From NCBI GenBank assembly GCA_003971905.1, contig RSEE01000027.1, forward strand, positions 248,001 to 312,000: 64,000 bases of DNA, in the 5' to 3' direction. Source of the stretch: Moniliella sp. 'wahieum' (Eukaryota). The notes under the pieces were generated by a model. The model was given only the letters and a program-made list of their open reading frames with translations, made no database searches and was not told the origin of the DNA. Numbering within the stretch: the first letter of the stretch is position 1; each line of letters opens with the position of its first letter. The position numbers and the translations under genes were made by a program. Shown here piece after piece: positions 26,511 to 37,304 of the stretch.

Positions 26511-27185
26511 TTCATTTTGCTGCCCGCTCCTTGGTGTGTGCTTGCAGCTGGCCATATTTCGTGCGTCTTGAGCTGCTGTTCCGCCTACTGGTGCTGCTTG
26601 ATATAACTAAGCTTGAACGAAGCAGAGCGTGACGCTGCCCCAGCTGTACTGCTGACAGAGCCCAAGTTGAAGTCAGCCTGACAAAAAGGCGGGGGATGCC
26701 GAAGGGAGGTGGGGCGAAGGTGGGCAATCATTTAACCATTGGGGTCAAGCGGGTGTTGTGATGAGCGCGAGGCCGGTGAGCCTGGTGAGCCGTGGGGCTG
26801 GCACTTGCTGTGCCTTGGATTTGTGGCCACCGTGGCGGCCGTCAGCGTCATCGGATGATGATTAACATTGGTCACCGATGACGGCCATCACACGTCGGAG
26901 GATGCACAGGCCAAGCAGCAGGCCTGAGGGTTAGCCTGAAGCCTTGGAAGCCGGAGGACACCACAGCGCACCTGTGCGTGGCCTGCGGCCTGCGAGTGTG
27001 GGCGCTAGGGTTGATGCCGATTATGTAACGGAAACGAGACTGCCCTCCTGCCTGCAGTGTGCCAGCTGGCAGGGCGGCGTGGGCGTCGGCAGGGGGCCGC
27101 AGTCGGGAAGGCCGGGCGTTCAGCTGGTCCGGCTGGCTTGGTTGGAAGCCGCCTTGCTCCTCTTCCTCGACCCGTCTGTATCGCC

Positions 27186-27640
27186 ATGTCTGCCCGTCTG
27201 CTCGTCCGTGCTGCCGCGCCCGCCGTCCGGGGGTCGCGCACCTTCGCCACCTCGGCGCCCAGCCGCGACATTGTCCAGGACCTGTACCTGAGCAACCTCA
27301 AGAGCTTCAAGCCTGCACCCAAGGTCAGTCTTCCTCCCCGTCATCTCTTTTTGCTGGCTCTGCCTTCCCTTTGCCTCACCATCATGTGCTGACCTTTGCT
27401 CTCCTTTAGGCCGCCGACGCGCACGTGGGCATTGTTCGCGAGTTCAGCGCGCCCAAGGCCCCAACGGCGCCGGAGCTGCCGTCGTCTTCGGCCCTCGCGA
27501 GCGAGCTGGACGCCTACGCCGCCGCTGAGCCCGACCACGCTGAACCCCCCAAGACTGAGGGCGCTACCGATGCTGGTCTGTCCATCTCGGAGTACCTCAA
27601 AGAGGCTGCCAAGCCCATTGAGTTCCACGCTGAGCACTAA
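27186..27640 (+). CDS. ATP14: Mitochondrial F1Fo ATP synthase subunit h
   Basis: Presequence MSARLLVRAAAPAVRGSRTFATS, DIVQDLYLSNLKSFKP; intron 27324-27409; DAHVGIVREFSAPKAP..PE; TAA at 27638-27640. Confidence 0.92.
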
Positions 27641-28790
27641 GTCTCTACTCGGGCCCTAGGGACACGCCTGCTTTCAAATAAAAGCCTTGATGCACATGCC
27701 CTGCCAACGACTGCTCTCGGGATAGGTGTGGAAGAAGGGTGACCTTGCCCAGGCCAAAAGACAGAACCCCTCCGTCTCATCCTGTCTTTTCGTCTACTAC
27801 GATGAGCAGATGATCTAGTGGCTCATGGACAATCAGCGATACGGCGGAGGAAATATGTGAGGGATGGAACAGCTACGTTTTCCTTGCGGTTGGATAGACA
27901 GAGAGGGGCCTGAAAGTTACTGGGTGGGAATGCTAAGGAGGAAACGATCCAGATTACAATTAGATGGGAACGGCCAAGCACATCAAGTACGAGACTATTA
28001 TGGGGGAGTGTTTGTCCCGACGGTCTTTACGGCTGGTGAGAATAGAGTCGTCCAACGCGGCAGATGCTTGCGCTTTGGTGCGACCGGGCCGGGGGCACGG
28101 CTCCCCGCCTTCGTCGGGTCTTTGCACTCCAGCTCTTTCGGGGCGCTTCGCATGGGATCGACGATCAACCTCTCGTCCCGATGCCCCCGTGGTTGGGGCT
28201 GAGGATACGATTGAGTTGTGGGGGGTGCACTAAGGACCTTGCCTAGTGTTGTCTTCGGCGTGTCCGCAGCTAAGTGTTCGGTGTCGTTAGCGTTTTCAGC
28301 ATTAGGTGTCTAGAAAAGATTATAGAGAGGCTATCAGGAAGGAAAACCGAGCCACAAATTACTTCAGTAGACGTGGGATGGCAGACCCGGTGCATCACCC
28401 GGCATCTTATGCCGGTGGACCAAGATTCTAATAGCCTGCGAACGACTGACGGGTACAGGGTTGACGCTCGCGATACTCAATGCATGTATACCTTGTGGAC
28501 AAGAACATGCTACTAAAGGGATTGTCGGGAACGAACACATGGACACAATCTGCAAATCTGTATGACAAACGGAGGGCGCAGACGTCATTTTGATGTGCAT
28601 GAGATTGATCTGTTTTACATGTTGTACAAGAAAGTGTTCAAGGGGAGGGGGGGTTGAGAAAGGCATGAAAAGGGTGCGGGAGCGTGCATGGAAAGGTGGA
28701 AGGTAGGCAGGTATGCGGCAACATGGAGTGCCGCTCCCTTGTCTACGCCCGAATGCAAATGAAAAAGATCGAGAGTGTCGACCGGAATAA

Positions 28791-29154
28791 TGCGTCCAGG
28801 GCAGGGACTGTCTTTTGAAATTGGGTGTTAGCATCCGGGAGATCAAGCCTTGGGCGCCGCTTGGAACTCTGCAAGCACATGCTTGATTAGCCGGAAAGCA
28901 TCGTAGATCTCGTCACGATGCTTAGCGCCGGTAAGAACGATCTTGCCCGAGACGAAAACGAGAAGAACAACCTGCGTCCAGGGCAGGGACTGTCTTTTGA
29001 AATTGGGTGTTAGCATCCGGGAGATCAAGCCTTGGGCGCCGCTTGGAACTCTGCAAGCACAGGCTTGATTAGCCGGAAAGCATCGTAGATCTCGTCACGA
29101 TGCTTAGCGCCGGTAAGAACGATCTTGCCCGAGACGAAAACGAGAAGAACAACC
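28791..29154 (-). repeat. 182-bp tandem duplication of the TBP C-terminal coding segment plus 3' UTR
   Basis: 28791-28972 and 28973-29154 are near-identical; the visible difference changes IKPV to IKHV. Confidence 0.93.
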
Positions 29155-32100
29155 TTGGGCTTCACCATACGGTAGATAAGACCAGGGAAGAGCTCAGGCT
29201 CGTACGAAGTAAAAGGGCCGTGCGAATAGGCCAGTCCCTCCAAGCGAATGGGGAAGCCAACATCACACGAGCCCACAATGTTCTGAATCTTGAATTCGGT
29301 AAACTTGGCTTCAAACCCCAGCTTCTGAACAATGCGCGCATACTTGCGATGGCCAAACGGCTGTCGTCCTCAGACTTGGCACTGTTACACCATCTTGCCC
29401 GAAGCAAAAAGCAAAGCAGTGGTCCGAGGCTCTCGAATACGCATAATAACCGCAGCAAACCGCTTGGGGTTTGTTGGCCTAGGGAGCCGGACGGGCAGAA
29501 GGATGAGGAGAAGGTGATGGATTGGAGCCAGAGTTGGGTCTGGGTACAGAGGCATCTATATAGGAGGCTGGACTAGGCACAGGGACAGTGAGTCACACAG
29601 GAGAGAGTGCAGGGCACAGGGACAGTGACACGCAGGGACGTCAGCGTGGAAGCCGATGGAACCGAGGCGAACCTGGTCTACCGACTGGGAGCCAGAGGAT
29701 CACAGTCAACACCCCCGCTGGCCAGGGAACCCGGAGACATCGGTTGTGGGATGAGCTCCTGCCAGTGGATGTAGAGAGGGGAGGACTTGAGTGGCAACCG
29801 GGACGAATGGCCTGGAGTTGTGCATGGCCACACGACTGGCCTACACCCCCTGTCCAGGATGACACCTGAACGAGCCGAGCGCTTGTGGTTGGTGTATTGT
29901 GCGACCGCCAGATGCTTGTAGAAGTCTTAGAAGTAAAAGTAGTAGGGGTTGCGCCCCGAAGCGATTTGGTGGGCAAAAGTAAAAAGCACCAGTTATAGGT
30001 GTAGTGAAGAAATTGGAAACTTGGAGTAAATGCGGTCCAAGGTCGTTTGGCATCAAAATTGGATGCGTTTGGTAGTTGTTTGGTTCCGCATGCCTGGTGC
30101 CAGTGGGGTCCATTGGGCATGGAATGAACGGGCGCTATGCGTCAACCGTCTTGATCTGTTTGGGTTCTCTTTGTTGTTGAAAAAGAGGAGTGGAAGAAGT
30201 TGGGGTGACACCCCCCCCATCCTTTCCCAGGTGCCCCGGATGAATTGGCAATCCGGGGCGTGTAGCCGTGGGTGGGGCACTTGATGAGCAGCCACCCCCG
30301 CTTTCTGCGATTCGCCTGCGCCGTTTTGGTCGTTGGAGGAATTTCGTCTCGTTGACGATACCCGACACGTTTTGTTCCGTCGTGTGTTTGTCCCTAAAAA
30401 TCATGCCCCATCTGTGGGGGACGAGTGTGCCGATTGTGGCGGTAGTATGCCGATTGTGGCGGTAGTATGCCGATTGTGGCGGTAAGGTGCCGATTGTGGC
30501 GTGGTGTTGTTGGGCGGGAGGACGGGTGTGTCTTGTGGGCTTGGCGGCTTAGCTTGGGCTTGTAGGCTTGGGGGTGGGCTTGCTTGAAGAGCGCTCCCCT
30601 TCCGGGGGATCAGATTGTAGCTCTGTTGGCCTAGGGAGCCGGACGGGCAGAAGGATGAGGAGAAGGTGATGGATTGGAGCCAGAGTTGGGTCTGGGTACA
30701 GAGGCATCTATATAGGAGGCTGGACTAGGCACAGGGACAGTGAGTCACACAGGAGAAGTGCAGGGCACAGGGACAGTGACACGCAGGGACGTCAGCGTGG
30801 AAGCCGATGGAACCGAGGCGAACCTGGTCTATACCACTGGGAGCCAGAGGATCACAGTCACACCCCCGCTGGCCAGGGAACCCGGAGCATCGGTTGTGGG
30901 ATGAGCTCCTGCCAGTGGATGTAGAGAGGGGGGACTTGAGTGGCAACCGGGACGAATGGCCTGGAGTTGTGCATGGCCACACGACTGGCCTACACCCCGC
31001 TGTCCAGGATGACACCTGAACGAGCCGAGCGCTGTGGTTGTGTATTGTGCGACCGCCAGATGCTTGTAGAAGTCTTAGAAGTAAAAGTAGGGGTTGCGCC
31101 CCGAAGCGATTTGGTGGGCAAAAGTAAAAAGCACCAGTTATAGGTGTAGTGAAAGAAATTGGAAACTTGGAGTAATGCGGTCCAAGGTCGTTTGGCATCA
31201 AAATTGGATGCGTTTGGTAGTTGTTTGGTTCCGCATGCCTGGTGCCAGTGGGTCCATTGGGCATGGGAAATGAACGGCGCTATGCGTCAACCGTCTTGAT
31301 CTGTTTGGGTTCTCTTTGTTGTTGAAAAAGAGAGTGGAAGAAGTTGGGTGACCACCCCCCCCATCTTTCCCCAGGTGCCCCGATGAATTGGCAATCCGGG
31401 GCGTGTAGCCGTGGGTGGGCACTTGATGAGCAGCCACCCCCTTTCTGCGATTCGCCTGCCTGCCCGTTTTGTCGTTGGAGGAATTTCGTCTCGTTGACGA
31501 TACCCGACACGTTTTGTTCCGTCGTGTGTTTCCCTAAAAATCATTGCCCATCTGTGGGGGCGAGTGTGCCGATTGTGGCGGTAGTATGCCGATTGTGGCG
31601 GTAGTATGCCGATTGTGGCGGTAAGGCGCCGATGTGGCGGTGGTGTTGTTGGGCGGGAGGACGGTGTGTCTTGTGGGCTTGGCGGCTAGCTTGGGCTTGT
31701 AGGCTTGGGGTGGGCTTGCTTGAGAGCGCTCCCTTCCGGGGGGATCAGATTGTAGCTCTGTTGGCCTAGGGAGCCGGACGGGCAGAAGGATGAGGAGAAT
31801 GTGATGGATTGGAGCCAGAGTTGGGTCTGGGTACAGAGGCATCTATATGAGGAGGCTGGACTAGGCACAGGGACAGTGAGTCACCAGGAGAAGTGCAGGG
31901 CACAGGGACAGTGACACGCAGGGACGTCAGCGTGGAAGCCGATGGAACCGAGGCGAACCTGGTCTACCGACTGGAGCCAGAGGATCACAGTCAACAGGGT
32001 TGTACTCGGCGTTGCGGGCACGGAGGGCAATCGTCTTGAGGTCCAAGCGCACTTCGAGGTTCACCGTCGCAACAATGTTTCTGCGCAGCAAGAACCAGTT

Positions 32101-32278
32101 GAGCTAGGGTGCCCAAGAGAGAATAGGACGGACTTACTGTAGCGTAGGCATAACCTCTGCTGGGCTACGGCCGGCGTCGCGCGGCGTAGCAGGAATGGCC
32201 GGGGCAGGGGACGAGCTGCTTTGCTGGGGCAGCGACGGGGGCCGACGGAGCGGCCCCAGGCAGGGCAAGGCTAGCCAT
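29025..32278 (-). CDS. SPT15: TATA-binding protein; coding exon interrupted by a 2.5-kb LTR element (possibly a pseudogene or disrupted allele)
   Basis: ATG 32278; [13 protein letters not shown] (intron 32081-32137); [17 protein letters not shown] [insertion] [26 protein letters not shown]...[24 protein letters not shown]...[34 protein letters not shown]. Confidence 0.92.
29472..31996 (-). mobile_element. Non-autonomous copia-like LTR retroelement (TRIM) in tandem form LTR-internal-LTR-internal-LTR
   Basis: Three ~240-bp LTRs (29472-29711, 30624-30862, 31759-31996) with TGTTG...CAACA outer ends. TSD GGGTT at 29467-29471 and 31997-32001. On the minus strand a PBS follows the LTR and a G-run PPT precedes it. 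Internal units of ~900 bp lack an RT ORF. Confidence 0.93.
30428..30500. repeat. 20-bp minisatellite inside the TRIM (second copy at about 31567-31640)
   Basis: About four copies of GCCGATTGTGGCGGTAGTAT. Confidence 0.85.
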
Positions 32279-32480
32279 GTTGGGCTGCGGGGGAGACCGA
32301 GGGCAGTGGGAAGACCGCTGGCGGCGAATAAGCGATGTGCGGGGAGGCTGGCGTGCACAACAGGACAGGTGTGGCGGGGGTCGCGTGGGGAGCGCAGACG
32401 AACCTGGGCGCTGAAATTTCAAAACCCACAGGAGGGAGGGCGAGCGAAAAGCGGGGGCGACCGCATCTGCCGCCGGTGCC

Positions 32481-32487
32481 TTTTATA
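32481..32487 (-). promoter_or_regulatory. Candidate TATA box of the TBP gene
   Basis: TATAAAA on the minus strand about 200 bp upstream of the ATG, in otherwise GC-rich DNA. Confidence 0.4.
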
Positions 32488-34199
32488 CGTTTGGCGACAT
32501 CACCGATGATATGCCATTCTGGTCGGTGATGGCGCGCGACACTGACAATTTTGCAGGGCAGCCACGCGCCAGTGTCTGGAGTCGCGGGGGAATCTGTGGT
32601 CCCGCACGGCGCCTGTGTCGCCTGCGTCGCCGCTGGCTGCTTTCAGACCAAGGGAGCCCGCCGCCTCTACCGCATCTCGTGGCACACGGGCAGTGTTGCG
32701 CGTGGGACGCGCAGCGGGGGCGAGGATGGGCAAAGCGCGGGAGAGAACGCGTCGCCCACACTGTCCCCATGCTGCTTCCGACTTCCGGGCAAGCTGCACG
32801 CGACGCGTAGCGCGTCCTCGCGTCAGATGCTGCTGCCCCTTGCTATCGGCGTGGGTAAGGCCGTCAGTGCGCGTGAGATGACGCGCTGACGTCTATCTGC
32901 GGGACCATCTCCCCGCACGCCCCAGTGAATCTCCCTCGCTCGTCCCCACCTTCCCTCATACCCAAAGAATGCGTTTGGCCCACCATCACGGCGCTATGTG
33001 GGCCCAACGATCTCGAGCTGATGCACCATAGCGACACCGAGTCCGTGTTTGTCGCTTTACTAGGATGCATGGATAGCCGCGTGTCACTTTAGTTCCTCTC
33101 TTTTCCAGGTGGAGATACTGAGCCAGCGCAGTCGCTTGGCTCTGAAGTCGTTCATGTTCGGCTCCCACCTTGTCATCTGACATCTCATCCAACACCCCTG
33201 TCCATATCTCCTGCATCTCCCCTGCGTCACCACCATCCTGCTCTTGCTTACCCTGCCCTACGGTATATATCCACATCAACCATGAAATGGTGTGGCCGTG
33301 CGTGGCAGCCACTTCAATGCGTTTGCCAGTTGCCAAAAGGTGCAGGAGCGGGAAAATCAAAAGCAGCGAGGAGATACAGGGAGGAGAGGGGGAACTTGGC
33401 TCCCGTCCCACAGGCATGTCCCTTGTCATCAAAAAGAAGATCCTGCCTCATCTGATGTTGATGTGGGGAAATCGACCCGGTGACTGACAGTGTTAAGTAG
33501 AGGGACAGATCAGGAGCCTGGGTCACACCGTTCGTGAGGGGGGCAGCGGGTGTCCTCAGGTGTTTAGAGCGAGGCCTGGTCCATCGCTCTCCCATCCAAG
33601 GTCGTGCGCCACCCAAACATATGTGCCTGGTCATCTTCCCCTATCCAACGGCCTAGGAGACTCGCCTCTTTCCTCCCCGCTCTAGGAGTCACGTCAGGAT
33701 GGTGCGTCAGGATGGTGCGACGCGATGGGTGCCGCTTCTTCTGTGCACCAATGGGGGCAGAGTGTCTGAACAAAAAAGTCCATCGACCTTCGCTGCGATC
33801 GATGAATGAATGAGGCTTTGCCCGACTGGAGGGACTCGAGCGTAGAGGAAAGAGGGACACGTATGCGGAAGGTGAGGAAAGATATGAGGGCATTTTCCTA
33901 CGAAACGGATCAGAAGTAGTGTGTGGACGGTCGAGCCGGGCAGTTGACTGTCGTTCGATAGGTGGACACATGGGCATGTGCAGTGCTCCACACACACTCG
34001 CGGTTGCGCTTCAACTGAGCTTCTTAGTTGGATGACGCTTCATGCAACACAGGATGGAGGGAAATCAATCCGCTCTGCCATACCGCAATGGAACCGATAG
34101 TATCCTCCGTGAGGGGTGTCAGATTTTGGGAACGCGGGAAATTTGGGAAGAAATTCAAATTCGGGCATTCGAGGAAGACTTGTTAGCTTCAACCTGGAA

Positions 34200-35787
34200 G
34201 CTTGATACAGAGTCGGAGCAGTCGAGCTGGCGGCAAGCTACGGGTTGCGGCGAAGAATAGCACCGAGAGCCAAGGCGAAGGGAACAAGCGTCGACGAAAT
34301 CCAGCGGCCTTCTACGAAAAGCGCTGTCCGAAGCACAATAGGTTGGTGTGGGCGCTGTTCCGCCCTCAGAGTCGGTGCAACTGTGGGAACAGATTCCGCT
34401 CATTTTTTCCGGGAGTAGGCTGTCCCAACTGTGAGCTGCGACCCCTCGAACATCAACCCACCACCTAAGCATGCCCCCCGCCACGGCAGCCAAAGGGCAG
34501 CTTCTCGCGCGAAAAAGCCGTACGAACGCCCATCTCACCTTCATACACCCAAGAATGGGGGGAAAACTGAAAAGTGTTCCTAAGGAAGGGGCATTACCCC
34601 GTCTAGCGCACGGCGCCCTATTGGCTGACCGAGTTCCAGTCGACCAAGCCTCCAAGGCGTTTGGGGCTTTACGCTCCTTTACCTTTCAGTCGGGGAGCGA
34701 TAAAGGTTACGGAGGAGACAATATTCGATGGGGACGTGGAAGACAAGACGTTGGTGGTGTTTTTGCAAGTCGGGTTAAAGCCGTTGAAAGGTAAAACGAG
34801 GGCCCGTTCCATCCCTGTGCCTCACCCTGACCAAGGAGAGCATCTGTCTCCTGACTCCCGACCCGCAGAGGTGGTGGAAAGATGCGCTGGTTGAGCGCAA
34901 GGTGCGGGGGTGGACCGGGTGGTGGGCGTGACCAACTTGGGGGGCAAGTTCAAAAACCGGAGACGCGCGTCGCAAGCTGCAGGAGGATCACGACCGTTCC
35001 TTTGTGATGATCGCCTCCTCCCGCTGCTCCCAAACTCCTGGGTCCCAAGTGGTGGTCGGGGCGTAAGCGGCCACAAGGCGTAGACCTACGAGATCCTGAA
35101 CTGGTCAAAACACATTTGGAAGAAGCGTGTGCTTGCACCCTCTTTCCCTCCCCTCTGGCGGCGGTTCCGCCTCCATCCGTCTCGGCCATCTCGTCCCACT
35201 CGACGGCCGACTTGGTGGATAACCTTACGGCTGTCCTTGTAAAACTGGAAGAGGTGGTCCCTGGAGGATGGGAGAATACCTCTCTGGATGCTAAGCTGGC
35301 CATGTCGGCTGCCCTGCCGCTGTGGCGTGTCGGTGAGATCCAGCCGGCGAATTCAGGACTGCGTCGGGTTCCGACCAGATCAAAGGGAGCAAGAAGGTGT
35401 CGCGCGGTAATGGATGAAAGCAATCACGGCCTGGACGAAAATAGCAACTAGTCCAGCATCCTTCCCTGCCTTCCCCAACCAAGATGCTTGCGTTCACCAA
35501 AACCCCACTAGGTAGGGAACGATCATTCATTGACAACCCTGTACAAGACATGGTGCACAAAACCTGCCCAAGCGCGTATGGCTGGCAAAGGGCGCCGTCG
35601 TAACCTATACCCATTTTCATACGCACTACGGAGTCGGATCGACGGCATTGCCTGCGCACAAGAGCCGCCGACAAAGGACGAAGCTGCCCAGTTTGAACGC
35701 GTGCACACTTACGCAGTCCCTCCGACGACCCTCCCCTCACTCGCGCTTCCGCCGGCAAGCCTTTACCTGGCTCTTCAACCCCGCTAG
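34200..35787 (+). CDS. Possible hypothetical protein or decayed gene (Cys/His-rich start)
   Basis: Successive protein-like + strand ORFs (34202, 34471, 34661, 35116, 35530); no family recognised. Confidence 0.25.
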
Positions 35788-37304
35788 TAGCTAGGGGAAG
35801 AGCGCGCAAGATAAAGACTGATTCCATTATGTCTACGGGGTATAACTACCCAACATGGAATTGTGATGGCTATGCCACTTCATGGGTTTCATCCTAGGCA
35901 GGGGAACAGAGGCATGCGGCATTCTCAGTAACGAGGTGGGATGAGGAGTAACACTCTAAGAAGAGGTTGTGTTTCGACGTACCGAGCGCCATATTGTCTT
36001 CCGCATACTATACAGATGGCCAACCCCGCGTCGTCGATATGGGCGGCGGCGGTGGATCGACCTTTGAGGGCGCATTCAGTCCAACAATTTTTGCCCATTT
36101 TGGCTTGGTGCCACCACCATCCATTTACCTTGTGATGTCCTACACCTCTTCCAGGGCCGCGTGTGCCGGCAGGTATGTTCCCCGTCGCTGGCACTTGGCG
36201 TACAGAGTGGGGATCTAACCCGTCTCCCCCAGCCCACTTACGTTCTCCCCCACAGAGGCAGACAGCTGCCTACTCTGTCCGCTGACGCGCCTCTTTCGGC
36301 GTGCCGCCGCCGCCTGCTTCCGTTGATGGGGGCGACACCCAGGCTTCCCCTGCCCATTTCTGGGACCACAACATCTGCTGCAGTCGCTGCCCCTACGACT
36401 GGCTCCGACCTAGGGACCGCTCCAGGGGAATGCAGACCTGCGGGTGACGGGCGGCGTGGCGTTGACGGTCATTGGCGGGACGGCGTTGCACGAGAGCTAC
36501 CTGCTGGGCACATTGACACGCAACATCCCGCGCCGGCGGCCGTGTGGGGCGCAACCTCTCGCTGGGAGGTGCAGCGTTGCTGACGGCGGCCTGGCGCGCC
36601 TGACCGGAGTCTGGTCATGGGCGCCCGCACCGGCCCCGAGCCCAGCGGGGGACGCTGGCTTGATCGAGGGAGGGCAAGGGTAGTGGGGACCATGTTGTAC
36701 GTGGGGGACATCTGCATTGCTGTGTTGGCCATGTGTGCACACAACGCCAGGAGGAATGAGGACTGATTGCCGTCGAGGCTGTTCGTAGGCCACGCGGCTG
36801 ATGGAGCACCTGACGCTCATGCTTCCAGCAGCTCCTGAGGACAGATCGCAAGCTAGCACCCTCCATTCCGCCCCCGTTCCGCCCTCGCTAGGCGGGAACG
36901 CATGGTGCCACACACTGCTGACCAGCTCACGACTCGACTCAAGCTCCATCGCGCGGCGTTGGGCTGTGTTGCTGCGCTGTCCAACCCCCTGGGCGCGGTG
37001 GCGAGGATGCTGGCTGTGGGCTACCACCTCCGTCGCTCGCCTTGGATTGCGGCTGCTTGCTGCGCCGTGGCTCCCCCAAGCGACGTCAGATCTCGCCGTC
37101 AATGTATGCGCCAGCAGGCAGACTGGGCAGCCAGACCCAGCCCCACATTGACGGAGCTACCAGCGGAGCTAGGCGTGTGCCCCGACGTAGCCTGGCCATC
37201 CAGAGACCTGCTTTGCACACAAGGACACGGGTGGATAGGAAACACGATACAGGATTCGATTGATTACGATAAATAAGCACAAGCAGACAAGTCATCGACC
37301 TTCG

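Noticed and set aside
26853..26940. Box C-like ATGATGA with downstream CTGA
   Set aside because: No recognisable rRNA or snRNA complementarity and no intron context.
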